A DNA stretch of 64,000 nucleotides from Paramecium tetraurelia (GCA_000165425.1 CT868096.1:826601-890600), one strand, 5' to 3'. Shown: positions 1 to 14,433, counted from the stretch's first letter. The notes: generated by a model from the letters alone, not told the origin. Translations and numbers: made by a program.

Positions 1-1017
1 AAACTTAGGTTTGTTTTGAGATTTTTCACAAGTCTTATCTAATTCTAGATAACCATCCAGATTCAGATCTTATACTTGTAATTTTGGCTTTTCTTATTAT
101 AGTTATGTGCCACTTTAAGTTTTTAATAATTTATTAGTTCTATTTTTGATCTACAAATCCTATAATTAAGCAAAAGTATATACAGATCTTCCGAAAAAAT
201 GACGAGCAATCTAAGCCCATTTAGATCCAAGTTAATTATATAACTACAATAATTTTTGATCCTCTGAATTAGACCATGGCTATTTCTTGACATCTACAAT
301 ATCTGACCTTAATTTATTTATGTATCTCTCCCGTATTTGTTTGCCTGTCTTATTTTTTAATACTGTCAACATATGATATTTTATTTACTTGTAGCTATTG
401 CTGCCCAATTGTTTTCTTCCTTATTTATATTGTCTAAAATTAATTAATCTTCTTCCGGAGTCCATTTGCTTTTCTAGGGTTATTCAGGTTTATGCTTTCT
501 CTGCCAATACTATTTGCATTATGCCATGGTTCTTCCTGACATTCTTTCAACAATCCTCTGCCAATCTCCATTAAATTAATAATACAAATTTGCTAGTAAA
601 TCATTTTCATCTTAGGTCCATTTTTTTATTTTCCCAGTCTGAATTCTATTCTAACTAATTGATTACATTTTTTTCAATCTCTCTACTTCTACTCCTGGAT
701 TCACAGGTGCAATCTTCCACTTTATATTGATTATTGAAAATCTAATTTTTGTTTATCAAACTTGAATCAATTTCTATAGCAAAATTATTTGTAGATGACA
801 ATCTCTAAACAGCATCCAAATTATCAGATATTTCATTGAATTCTTCCTAAAAACTAAAAGAATTTCATCAATTATACTTCATATCTCCAAGTTATTCACA
901 TTCAAACTTTAATTAATTGTTTTAATCTAAAAGGTCATCTAGAAACTAATTTCCCTAAATAAAACAAAGTTAATCATCGTTCTAAGGATCAAAGATGAAG
1001 TCTTCATCATAGCTCAT
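1..1017 (-). CDS. R1R2R3-type Myb/SANT transcription factor (3' end runs off window)
   Basis: Table 6 translation starts MSYDEDFIFDPQ. Three Trp-spaced repeats: WTQDENDLL..GDWQRIVERMSGRTMAQCKQYW; KWTPEEDQLIL..NWAAIA..TGKQIRERYINKL; PWSNSEDQKLLQLYNQLGSKWAQIARHFFGRS. Confidence 0.85.
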
Positions 1018-1535
1018 TTTAAATAAATATAAGTAATTATCAAAAAAAACACATCATAATTCATATTCTTTCAACTTCTCAACAGCTATATCTCGTATTT
1101 CTGAATTTAAGAACAAACCATTTAATGATTGTTAAAAATATACATTTTAATTTACAATTGCAAATCTATCTAGTTAAAATATTATAAATATAATTATATA
1201 ATACAACATATATTTAATAAATAATATAATGATAATAATAATAATTCGTATTTGAAAAAGAACCATTTTATATTCACACAAATCCTAATATAGATTCAGT
1301 TTCAATAAAATATTAATAAAATTACTTAACCAATTCAAAAACAATAAAAAGCACTTAAAATTCTAATTTAATGCATTAATTTATTACAATAAATATCAAT
1401 TATAAAGATAGATATCAATTACAGAGTATGTAGGTTCCAAATAAGAATTTGATATCCAACAATCTGTTGATTATTGTAATAGAAATTAACAAACTATAAA
1501 TTAATTAAGTCTTATAAAATCAAAATTGATAAGTT

Positions 1536-2628
1536 TCAGTTATTTTAATATTTTTTTTTTTTCCAAAGATCTATTAGTGATTTTATACTTTTAATTTGCA
1601 AATTTTAGATTATTTCTTATTCTTAATTTAAATTATCCGAGCAAACCATCAGAAACATACCCATATGAATTGAAGTCAAAGTGTTATGAAGTGTTTCACC
1701 ATTGCTGTCCGATTATTTAAAAATTGGATCCAGAGTCCCATTTACAAGGATCTCAAATATATATTTTGATATAATAAAAAGGTTTCCTATTACTTTCTCT
1801 TTATCGTTTTTTGTAAATTATAATAAATCATCCTTAAATAATGTAATACAAGATAGCGTATAAATCAACTAAAAGACTGTTATTTATTTGGCTTCAATTT
1901 CCTTTGACTTTTTTTTAGTTAGTTTCTCTAATTGAAACATTTAATAGAGGATGGAATATAGAAGATTACAATGATTGATATCATTTTCATCATAATGCTT
2001 TCCTCCTTCTGCTATAATGATTTGTTTTTAACTCTAATAAAGTGATTATTTAGTTGTAATTGTGAAACAGCAACATTTTGCTTAAGTTTTTTTTTTTAAA
2101 TATGGCTGATTTATCTCTTATATGTTATATTTAACTAAGATTTCACTTAAAGCCTACATCTAACTAAAATTCAAATATATTGTACCAATTGACATAAAGA
2201 TGTTCTCCTTTGCCCTTTTTTTATTTTGGAATAGGGGATTCTAAATTTTCATCATCATCATACACACTATTAAAGTCTTCTTACCTATCTTCAATTAGGT
2301 TTTAAGATTCATTTTATAGCTTTATTTATATTTTTTTTGGTTTTGATTACGAATTCTGTTGTTGAATTATGTATTATTATTGTTTGTGTTACTATTATAG
2401 TAAATCTTATCTTTGATCTTCCGATTCATTCCCATATTCTTGGCGAGAGTATCGAGTATTCTACTTGTGATTCGAATCATTTTTGATATTTTTGGGGAAA
2501 AGATTTACTTGAGTGAAATCAGCTCGTTTTTAATATTGTTGCTAAAATTGAGATTATTAAAAGGTTTGACACATTGTGCTGGCTGTTCCCAGTCTCTCAA
2601 TTTATTTCTTATCTTCATTATTACTCAT
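1536..2628 (-). CDS. ELMO/ELMOD3-like domain protein apparently lacking the GAP motif
   Basis: Table 6 ORF MSNNEDKKQIERL...AKCCCF...KQIIIAEGGKHYDENDINHCNLLYSIL...NLFIISKYIFEILVNGTLDPIFKQ...LTSIHMGMFL...LWKKKKYQNN*. Segment order resembles ELMOD proteins (recognised by eye). Confidence 0.5.
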
Positions 2629-2711
2629 TTATGAAAAAAGTATTAATTAATATATATATACATCATAGAAAATCAGCATCAAAACATATTGACCACATAT
2701 ATTAATTAAAA

Positions 2712-5700
2712 TCACTTGAACATTCCAAATACTCCACTTGATTTCTTTTTATCAATTACAGAACTTAATTTGATAATTAAAGTTTCACTTATTTGCTATT
2801 CAAATTAAACTCCACTTAATTTTAACAGATGAGATGCATAAGACTGGAATTCTTATTTTTTTCTACTTTAAATACGATAAATTACTCTTATTGCAAAGCT
2901 TCAAAGAACTTCTAGATATTCTTCTTTAGGTGTTCAGCCAAAGCTCCATTTTCTGAATTAGAAACTTTTTCTGCCATCTTTTATAGTTCATCTGACATCT
3001 AATTTAATTTCTCACTTAATGATCTATTCTCATCTTTCATCAACTTGTTTTATTTCTAGATATTATAATTTTATTTACCATATAAATATCTTCATTTTAT
3101 TCATGCTGTTTCATTTACAAAGTCAATTAATGATTTTCAATCTTCAAAATTTCTAATTCTCTTTTGAGTTTGACAATAAGCTATTTAATATTTAAACTTG
3201 GATCCTCTTCATCCATAGATTAATTGATCTTTAACGCACTGTTTGGTTCGCTCATTTTATTACGTCTTGATGAATTCTCATGTTGACTGGTTATATCAAT
3301 TATTTATTGGCTTAATACACATCTCTCATTAATCAATGAATTGATTTCCTATTTCTCTTTATCTGATTATTTTTTAATATCATCAAGTTATTTTTGAAGA
3401 GCAGGAACTCCATAGACTGTTTAGCAAACCTACCTAAGGATTGATTCGCATTCTGAACTCAGTCCAATCTAATTGATTTATGATGCCCATTGCTATTCTT
3501 AATTGAGAACCTTTTGTAATACACTGAATGTTATTAATTATTTTTAATCATGTTATTAATGGATGTTTGTTGTTGTTTCTTGCCAAACCTTAACAGTCTT
3601 ATTTAAGACGTTTATTTACAATAATAAACTGTCATTTTCCTTTTTCAATTATTCATTTATTTTATGAGTTTCTTTGCTTTCAAATAAAATTGTTTAAATT
3701 TCTAACTCTAAGCCTGTACACTTTTCCCATAATAAATGATATTTCTCCTATTAATTTAATTCATCTTTTTCATCATCTAAATGCTCTCCAATTAATACTT
3801 ATAAAGGAGACTGAATAATCCTTTGTAATTATTAATTTTTTAGTTATTAAATTTATTATTATAACTCTTCTATTAAAGCCTTGTGTTGGCTAGGAGATTC
3901 ATAAATTATATTTTCTTAATTCAAGTTTTCAATTTATTATTACAATAATCTATTTTAATCTTATAATTGTTATATAATTTAATCTTTTGACAGTCCCATA
4001 CTCCTTTTGATTGCTAAATCATATGCTTCACTTACATTTTCACTAACTGCTGGCAATATGTTCTACTACTAAGTACCACTTTTTTCATCAAATTCTAAAT
4101 CAAAAATTCTAGAATTCACATGTTCCTTCATTTCAACTTTATAATCATTGTCTTAATCCTCTAAAGGATTTGATAAGGATTCTTGCATTATTCCTTTATT
4201 CAATTTTTCAGATTCATTATTATTTTCTTTATCTATTTGTTCAGTATTTTATGATTAACCTATTTATTCATTTTAGATATATTAACTACAACATTATTAT
4301 TCTCTCCATCTAACTAAACTTTCATCCTTATCTAGCAATGCTTACTAAAGTTAATATAACTCTTATTCTAATCTTTGTACCTAATCTTTTGATTATTGCG
4401 CGTTTTCCAATTCATTCTACAATTTTTCTTATAATTGATAATTTTCGGATAATTAAGTATTGTGAGCTTGTTTCTCAGTTTGTAGTTATTCCATAAATTA
4501 CAATTATTAATCCTGCAATTCTTCATTCTGCAAACTCAATTCTTTTATCTAATTCTCCTATTCCTCATTTTTTTATTACAATAGAGTTATTTAATTTGTT
4601 AATTAATCTATTTTTTCATTTTGTTAGCAAGCATTAATTTCACTCTATTTCTTTAAGTCCTTAATTTATTCATTAAGCTATTCAAGTTCTAAAGTTATAG
4701 ATTCTCTTTGATTTTCAAGTTGCAATTGTAACTCATTCAATTATGATATTTTGTTCTCCTAAGTCTACTTTTCTTCTTAATACACTTTTATTTCATTATT
4801 TAATTATTCTAACTTTTACTCAAAATCAGTCTATATTACTTTTAGATTTGAAATTTATTCACTTTTATCTTGGTTCAATTAGATTAATTATTGTTCTTAT
4901 GTCTTGAGTTATTCATATTTGATTTCAATTGTTTTCATTTCTTCTTGTAACTAATGATAATTTTATTCATTTGTAATATTATCCCTTTCTAATTAATTTA
5001 TTTAGTTCTTAAAATTATTTATTTCCTCTTTGAGTTTATCATTTTCCTCCCTAAATAATTTCTCTTTTTGCTCTTTAATTTATTTCTCTTATCTTAAATT
5101 TTCGAGATGACTACTTAATTCTGAAGTTTAAATTTCATTTTATTCAAGGAATGCGATTTTTTCCTTTAAATTAACTATCTATTGATTTAGTTAGACTATT
5201 TCAATATTTTTAAGTTCATCTATTTGTTTTTAATCTTTTTCATTCTATTGTTTTAAATTCTCTGTAATAAGTTATTCATCCTTCAATTAGTTTTAGATTG
5301 ACTCAATATTTTATTGATAGGTTGTATTTTATTCTTATAGTTCAATTAAACGTTGCTGTAAATCAAGTTCTTAATTTGTAATCAACTCTATTTTTTAATC
5401 TTTTTTTGCATCCTCAGATTTTTATAACTCAATTGTAAATATTAATTCTTATATTCTGTCTTAATTATTTTATCTTTCTTCAAATAAAGTAGCAAGCGAT
5501 TACTTTAATTGTGATATCTCTTATTATAAAATATATTTTTCATTTTAGATTTATTCTTACTTCTGTGCATTATTGGATTAGTTTCTGTTTAGTATTTCAT
5601 TTTCTTATTCCAAGTCCTGCAATTTCTCTTATAATTAATCATATTGAATTTTTATCTCTTTAGATTGAGTTTAAAAATAATTGATTTGAAATTCTGAATT

Positions 5701-8700
5701 TTCTAAATTTGATTTTTAGTCTTCAAGTAAAGTATTGGCCTGATTTAAATTTTCATTTAAAACTTCCATCTCTTTTTGCTATTTTTCACATTCAATTTAC
5801 AATGTTGAAATTTAATTTTTCAAACTTTCTATCTCATTACAGTATTCAATTATTTTATTATGTAAAGATAGCAAATTTTCTTATTATTAATTAGTTGTTA
5901 AAATATATTATTATGCTTCCAACTTCTATTATTGTATAATACCTTCTAATTATTATTTGCATTTAAGTTCTTCTTCTTTTTGTGCTTATTCATTTTTCAA
6001 TTGTCTAGAGGTTATTTCTAATTCTTATTTTATATCATCTAGATTCTCAGATGTTTCTTATAGATTGTTGTTTAATTCTTCTATTTTAGAATCTTTATAT
6101 TATATTTGAAATTATTAATTCTCTAATTCATTTTGTAAATCTATAATTTATTATTCTAAATCCTTAATTTTATCACTTCTTTCATCTAAATTCTATTTTG
6201 AGTCAATTTAATAGCTCTCTAATTCTTTTTTCATCATTTAAACTTATTCATTCAGTTTACAATTTTCAGCAAAATTGATATTTGCACTATTTCTGAATTG
6301 AGCTATCTGCTCTTATAATTAATTTATTAGAGCCTTATTTTAATCAATTTATTCCTTATAAATCTTTAGATCCCTATTTTATATAGATATCTCTTAGTTT
6401 TTGTCTTCAATTTCTTCTTCCAAATTTTTCTTCTAATCACCAATATCATAATAGGCATTCTACAAAATATCATAATTTTATTCTTTATCATTCAAATTTT
6501 GTTACAATTCTTCGTTATTTTTTTATAAATCTTAAAGTTACTCCTAAATTTCAGATAGCTATTAAGCTTAGTTATTTTATTGAGATATCAATTTTTCTTA
6601 GTCTTCAATCTGCAATTCATAAGAAAGGCATTTTGCTTTTAAGCAGTCTAATTCAAACTTGCTTGCCTGCTCTTTCATAGCCATTTCATTAATTTCTTCT
6701 TGCTTGATTTATAATTCAGCAATATTATCTTATAATCTCTATTCCTATTATTCAATCTAATCTTTCAATTTTAAATTATGTTGTTCACCTTATTCTATTT
6801 TTTATAACAAATCTTTAATTTAAATTAAACTATCTTCTTATTATTAAAATAATTTGCCCTTCTCTATTTCAACCTAATTCAAATCAAATTTCAATTTTTC
6901 TAAATCTTAGCTAGTTTCATTCAGCTTCTTACTTTATTCTGTAATAACTGTTTCATTTTCCACTATCTACTGTTGCAATTGCTTCAATTAATTTTATTAT
7001 GAGATAATTTGTAATTATAATAGGTCTTTTTATTAATTGATATCCATCGACTATGAATCTAACTATTCACTTTTGTAAGTTATTTGTTGATTTAGTTAAT
7101 TTAAATCTTCTTTCAGTTTTTGAATTGAAACTAATTAATCTTAATTTAAGTTGATTTAAGTTTATAAATTTTATTATAATTCTTATATTTATTATTATTG
7201 AGCTTTGTGATTATTATTTTCATTTGTTAAAAGCATAATCTCATTTTTAAGTTCATTAGCGATTAATTCTTACTATCTTACTCTATTTTCAGAGGATAAT
7301 AAATCCATCTTAAATTTTTCAACTTCTTGTGATTTCTCTTAAATTTGTTTTAGATAATCATTTACATCACTTTGAAGTTATGAATTTAATTAACTATGAC
7401 TGTTCTCTTTATCATTTAGCTATTAAATGAGATTTTGATTCTAAATTAACTTTTTATCTTAGTTTTCAGTTTAGGTTTTCAAACTTTCTAATTTGGCTTG
7501 TTATTCTTTTTCTTTTTGTTTTAAACCTTCAATTTATAGTTCCAATTATTTATTCACTTCTAATAGCTTTTAGGTTTAGTTTTATTATTTAAGTTCCAAA
7601 TTTTCTTTGATAGCATTTTATAATTATTCTTATTCTATTTCCAACTATTATTTATTTTGCTCTAATAATTGATTCTTTTCTTCAATTTCCAAATTTAGTT
7701 CTTCCTAGGCTAAGGTTAAATTTGAATTTATCTGCCGTAACTACTAATATTCTTCCTCCAATTTTTTCAATTTTTTTAATTCTTACTTAACAAGTTTAAT
7801 TATATCTTAATTTTAATCCAAATTAACAGAGATATTACCAGTCATTTGCTAATGCCATTATTAAAGCATTTAAGAATACTTTTTATTATCTTATTCCAAA
7901 TTAGATATTTACAATAGATATTATGAATTCTATTTTTATTATTCTAAATTTAAATTTCTAAAATCATTCTTTTGTTATTCAACTTAAATCAGTTTGGAAG
8001 TAATTTATGATATAATTTCGTCAAATTTGTCTAATTCTGTTTAAAATTTTGATATTTATTTATTGTTACCATCAGAAATAAATAATTAATCTCCAAATTT
8101 ACTGCTTTATCTTGAGATTGCATTTTTTGGAGATTAAGATTTATATAAAAGATTATTTTACTTTTATTTGATTAATTGAATTAGTTATTCAAAATATTTA
8201 TCTTTTTCATCTTATAATACTTAAATTTGGTGAGATAAACTTTCATTTTCATTTTTCAACAACTCTAACTTATTGTTTATATCTTATAATTTATCTTGTA
8301 ATATTTATTATAAGTTATTATCTTCTGCTTTTTTCAATCTTTCTTGTAAAATCTTATTTCTCTGTTATAGTTCTTCATTATAATTTTCATATTTAATTAA
8401 GTCTTATTGTCCCTTATTTAATTACCTAACTTATTAATTAATTTAATTTTCAGCCTAATTGATTACATCATTTTTTGAGATTATTTCATTTTATAATTAT
8501 TCAATATTTTCTAAAAGGTGATCTTTTTGATTGTTTAATGAGATTAATGAAATTTTTAATTTGTTTATTTCTTCCTATTAATCTTTTTGATTGTCTAATT
8601 CTTCATACAATTATTTTTCCTTTTGCTAATATTACTAAATAATTTTTTCATTTGTCATCATGACTTTGTTTTAATCGTCAATCTGTTTGTGTAATAATTA

Positions 8701-9999
8701 TATTTAAGATTATTGCTTGATTATTTAAACATTCAATTAATCATTGAGATTCTATAGCTCTTAATTGTTTTCTTCTCCAAACTTTTCTTGTATGACTAGT
8801 TATTAATATTTTTTTTCTAAATTACTTGATTCCAATTTCAATTCATTAATCACTTAGATATACTTTTAAGTATCAATATCTTTTTTATTTTCAACCAGTT
8901 TTTTGTATTTCATCAAATCATTTTATAATTAAATTAATTTTTAATCCTTATCTTTTAAAGTATTTTTAGATAAAGAAAATTAATTAATCATTTCTTTGAG
9001 ATTTTATGAAAGCTCTTTGATTGTATCTTTTTAACCATATTAAGATGTTTATAAACATTATGATACTTAATAGTTTAATTTTTCTATTTAAAGCATGACA
9101 TTTTCATGTAAAGATACTAATTTTTGATGCTCATTCTATATATTATCTATTTACTCATGTTATGAATTTTATTTTTTTGGGGTTTCAAATCTAGATTTTT
9201 CTCTAGCTATAAATGCTAAAATATTCTTAACTTCATCTATCTTTTCTTTACTTTCTTACTTTTTAATTAGTTTGGATAGAATATCTCTCATTTTCTCTTC
9301 TTTAACCAATAAATCATTTAATCTTTTCTACTTATATTATAATGCAGTTTATAGGTTTCCTTCCAGCTTTATTATTCGACTGTCTGCCTTATCTAATTAT
9401 TAATGACACTCATGTTTAAACTATTCCAATTTTTGTTATTAAATTAGAATTTAATTGTCGTAATTCTTCCTCAAGTATTCTATTTCTTGATCTTTAGTCT
9501 TCAAAATGTTGTACAACTATTTCATAATAGTTTTTCTTTCCTCGGCTTTTTTCTAATAACCTGATGTTAATTTGTGTAGATTTGATTTTTCTATTTCTAA
9601 TTTTTCTATTTGTTCATCTTTACTTAATTTACATAATGGAATATTTGCGATGAAATCATTGATTTACATATTTTAATCTTCTAATTAGGAGACTTTGCCA
9701 TCACTTTCCACTTTTTCATCATAAAAGTGCCTCTTTTTTTTACAAGAGCTAGATCTAGATGGTTGTAATGTTGAATTAAATGGCAATTTCCTCGAATCAA
9801 AGTATTCAGAATAATTGGCCCTTGTTCTATTTTTTACACGATCAGTTGTGAAAGATGAAGTATGTGTTAATTATTTCACTTGGTCTGATTGTCTCTAATT
9901 TAAACTCTTTATACGATCTAGTAAAGTGTTCCCCGAATTTGAGGGCGGAGATGAAGAAGTGGGTTTAGTTTGTCTAGGAAGTAAAGGTTTTTTATTCAT
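2712..9999 (-). CDS. Giant (~2400 aa) coiled-coil protein with C-terminal GRIP-like motif (golgin-like)
   Basis: Starts MNKKPLLPRQTKP, then ~7 kb of Q/E/K/L heptad-like sequence. After a 23-nt intron (~2859-2881 region) it ends LAEHLKKNIQKFFEALQQEKNKNSSLMHLICQKL...SSGVFGMFK*. Confidence 0.7.
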
Positions 10000-10074
10000 T
10001 TTGAATTATTTGGTATTATAAATAGTATAATTATCCGTAAGATCAAGCAATATTTAAAATAAAAAATAATACAG

Positions 10075-10395
10075 ATGAGTAAGCAAGAAATAGATTTCAT
10101 CAATAAAGCGCATGAGAAGTTCTCTTAATTTATTTTGGATCACTAAACTCTAGACGAATAAATTAGAGCTATAGAATTAAGATAACTATATAATAAACCT
10201 TTACAAGTAGAAAGTTATGAGAAAGAAATATAAAAAATAAATGAATAAAACGAAAAAGAAATGCAAGATTTAGAAAAACAAAAAAAGGAGTTAAACAATA
10301 AGAAATAACAATTAGTACCAATCTATGAAGTTATTCGCGATTAAAAATTCCCTTATGATTTAGGCGATTGTTTTGAAGTTCCAGATGACATATGA
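10075..10395 (+). CDS. Small coiled-coil protein (~106 aa)
   Basis: MSKQEIDFINKAHEKFSQFILDH...FPYDLGDCFEVPDDI-TGA in table 6; head-to-head with the preceding gene. Confidence 0.55.
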
Positions 10396-10511
10396 TTTCA
10401 TGTAATTTTTATTGTAATTAATTCATTTCAATCCAGAAAAAGTTTAAAGTGATAAATTCCTTGAATTTCTTTCCTTTTATTGCATTGTAAACAATAAATT
10501 AAAATATTTAT

Positions 10512-12161
10512 ATGTTAAACTCAAAGAAGTTCATTAAAACAAATCAGTTAACTGAATTAAATAATTTTCTACTTTAAGTTAAGCAAGCATTTCTAACAGA
10601 TGTACAACATAAATCTATTAAATAAAGGATTTCCAATAGGCTATTGAAACTACAAATGTAAATGACAATAAAATTCCATTACAAGAGATTCTTCTAAATA
10701 ACATTCCTTAAGTAAAGTAGGATTAATAAAAGTAACCTACTTAATTACCTACGGATGAAATTTAACATTTACTCTAAGGATTGACAACTCTATTGGAAAA
10801 AAATTTATAAGAATCTCATGATTTGTATCAGATATTCTAATCCAATAAGTAATTTAACAGTAAAGGTGAAAATTCTAATTCTTCTTTCAAATATTAAAAT
10901 GAAGAAAATGTTGAAGAATTGCAAGAAGAAATCAAGTAAAACGAAATACGATTATTGTAAATGCAAAATTCAAGACTATTGAGTAAAATTGAGTCTCTAA
11001 ATGAGTAAATTACTTAGCTAGAACAGGATATACATGAGAACTCTAAAGATTAACGATAATTGATCAGTTTAATTAATTCTACATATTGTATTTAGAGAGT
11101 TCAATATACAGTTAAATAAAATACAAATGTAATTTTAAGCAAAGTAAATGAAGAAGAAATAGAGTAAGGAGTCTTTGTCATTGTTGACGATTAAATAATC
11201 TTATCTCCTTCTTATCTCGATGAAAATAAAATGATTCTGAATATTTCTTAAATTTTAGATGTCACTTATTAAAATGATTTATAGATTACAATTCATTATA
11301 ACGAGGGTAAATTAATTTTAATTTTGGAAAATCACTAAGAATTTGCAAAGATAGATTTATCTTTATGGTCAATCCTAAGAAAAAATATCAGTATAAATTA
11401 AGAGTATTTTAAAGTAATTAATTAATTAGGAAATTGTTTGAGAATAGCTTATTTGAAAGACCCTTCAGATAAGAAATCAATATAGACTATAAGAAATTAA
11501 AGGAGCAATTATCCCACATAATTCCATGGATGGAATAGGATTAGAAATAATAATAACAATAATAATAGTTCACATTAAATTTCAAAAACTCTGACCATTT
11601 TCCTGAAATTCCCTAGAGCAATAATATACAATTGCAATCTCATTAATCACCTGAATTAAGAAGTACATTACCAAAGCAAATGATTCAAATTAATTAATAA
11701 ACTAAATTATAACATGCTCTGCTTTAATTAAAGTAGGGTTTTTCCATGATTAAATATTCGGAAGGATAAAGAAAGCCAAATATAAAGATCATTTATTTGA
11801 CTGAAAATGAATAATATATCAAATGGAAAGAACGAATTACAACCGGGTGATGTGTATAATACTATCGAACCCCAATCCATTTAAATTTCATAAATTAAAG
11901 AAATAAAAGATAGCGCCATAGGATAAGGTTTTGAAAAGTTTAAAAAATATCGGTAAGGAAAGGAGACACTTGGGATTACTATTATTGCTTAAGAGAAATC
12001 TAGAATTAGACGCTCCTAAATAAGAAATATAAAGATTTATTTTTGGAATGTCTAACGATTTTACTCAGAAAAAAAGCAAAATAATAAACCAGAATATAAA
12101 AATAGAAAATGATTCAATATTATTTACTAAACAAGATTTAAACTATTATTAATCTGATTGA
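10512..12161 (+). pseudogene. Coiled-coil + PH-domain gene with apparent frameshifts (probable pseudogene, or assembly errors)
   Basis: PH-like pieces LKQGFSMIKYSEGQRKPNIKIIYLTENEQYIKWK / SIQISQIKEI..FEKF..LGITII / RNLELDAP / KYKDLFLECLTILL lie in different frames. In-frame TGA at 11848-11850 with no suitable GT..AG intron. Confidence 0.5.
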
Positions 12162-12225
12162 CTCGTTCTTTGTGTTATTTAATAATTTATATCCAAAGTT
12201 AAAATTAAAAATGAGAAATCATAAT

Positions 12226-13849
12226 TTCATTATTATTATGCCAATTCCAGCTTTAATCTATCATATTCCATTTTTAATTTTGCATACTTGAAATTCCTCA
12301 CTATATTATCCATAGTCTATTTAATTTGAATTCTAAATCTTCTATCTCATCTCTCAATCTTTTCATTATCAGCTTTACATTCCTTTTACTAATAGAAGTT
12401 TTTTTGAACATCCAATATACATTATTTACATACATTGAAATCTTTCACTTCTATTTTTTTTTTCCTCCATATTCATACTGTTACAATTTTTTGCTCTAAA
12501 TCCTTCTTTGCTTCATAAATCTTTACCTATGTCTTTTCTTTATATTTTTATCTAATTATAGAGATATTATTTACTTGTATTTTGTAATTTACTAAGTACA
12601 TTTCAATTCAGATTGTTCTAATTTGGATTTTAATGACAATACGTCTAAAGTTAGATTATCTATTTGTTTATCTTTCTCAGCAATTATTTGGCCTAAATTC
12701 TTTAACTTTGAATCTTTATCTCTCTTCTCCATCATAATTTTACTCAAATTATCTAAATTTGCTAATTCTTATTTTTTATAAACTTATATTTGCTTTTCCG
12801 AATCTTAGAGCTATTATTAAAGTCTCTATAAAAATCAGAGATAATGATACTTTTATTTCGTTAAGGTTTTTGTCTAAGGAAGCAGTGTAACTTAATTCTA
12901 AATTTTTTATTTCCTCTTATTAATTTATTATTTATTTCTTCAATTCATTTACGATACCCATTTATTCAACTAAAGTTTAATTCAATATTTACTTTTCAAT
13001 TATTCCATTTATTGATAATGATCTTTATGTAGTTAACTTATTTGCTCATTTAACCTTTTCTAACTATCTTGTTTTTCTTAATAGATTTATCTTTCTGCAA
13101 TACTGAGTTATAATTATAACTTATTTTATTTTAAAATTATACTTCCTATTTTTATTATTGAGCTTTGTACAAGTCATCAACAAACTTTGATAATTTTTCA
13201 TTTAAACTTTGAGTTTATTATTATTCAGCAATTAACAATTCTACAGTCTCATTATTCTTTAAACATAATTTAGAATTATTTTCCTCTAATTACTGCATTT
13301 TTTAAAAAAAGTTTCTCGTTCTTGCTTCCACTTCCAAATTTTTTTCTTAAATGAAATCAATTTTCCATTTTTTATATTATTCAATTTCTCCTTACAACTA
13401 TTCTATAAAAAGATCCTTTTATTCAATTATCTCTTCTAATTTTCTTGTATAATCTCTATCTTTTTTAACACTTAATGTTAACTAATGTAAAATTTCACTT
13501 ATTGTGCTTGAAGACGATAAATTTTTATCTTTAACAATTTAACTGATTGTTTCCAAAAGCAGTTCTTTATCCACTAAATAATTAAATCAATGTTACATTT
13601 CAACGCTTCGGTAAGGTTTAATATAGTATCTTTTAATTGATAATTCTCCTCAAGTAATGGCTAAATTAAAGACATAAAATATTTGGTGTTTTCAGAATCC
13701 TTTGTATTTTCCTAAGGATCTCCATATTTAGAAATATAAAAGCTAATTTCTTGATTGCTCAAATGCATTAATTTTGAAGAAGGTGATATCTATCTAACTT
13801 TCTCAGTTTTATAATTACGACCTTCTCGATTATAATTTTATAAATTCAT
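12226..13849 (-). CDS. Coiled-coil hypothetical protein
   Basis: MNLQNYNREGRNYKTEKVRQISPSSKLMHL..., Q/E/K-rich long ORF in table 6; end approximate. Confidence 0.6.
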
Positions 13850-13878
13850 TTATTATTATTTATATAGCTTTAATAAAC

Positions 13879-14384
13879 TCATTTTTTTTACTTTTTCCCT
13901 CTAGCCTTCTATTACTCAGCTATTTTTTCTTAAATGGCCGACCTACTTTTTTCTGTTTTTAGGCCTTCGGATTAAAATTATAATCTAGTTTATTTGTAAT
14001 TCATTACTTAGCTTATCTACAGGCTTCATCCTCACACCCATGCCTTTCAGCATATAAATGATATTGACAAAATTAATTATTACAAAATTTGCATTTCTAA
14101 CCCAACCATTATACAGTTTATATACATTGAATATTATTGGACATAAAGGAACATTTTTTCTCATCTTTTAAAATGATCGAATTATAAAATTCTTCCTCCT
14201 CTTTTTCCTATTACTCTTTAGTTTTTTTGTTATTTTTATTATTTTACTTTTTTTCTTGTTATTATTGTTATTGTTTTTATTATTGTTATTGCTGTTATTA
14301 TTGTTGTTATTATGATTTTTTTTGTTATTATTACTGTTGTTATTATTTTTATTATTATTATTACTACTATTATTGTTATTGTTA

Positions 14385-14433
<49 letters not shown>

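Noticed and set aside
2712..9999. Possible tandem-repeat or CRISPR-like array in the repetitive-looking 7-kb region
   Set aside because: No fixed-length nucleotide repeat unit was seen; the pattern reflects coiled-coil codon bias (TAA/GAA/AAA).
14001..14004. Apparent bacterial-style ATGA stop/start overlap at the end of the helicase gene
   Set aside because: The TGA and ATG lie inside a canonical 23-nt intron (GTAATGAATTACAAATAAACTAG). Splicing gives the expected IGHMBP2-like C-terminus ending at 13879.
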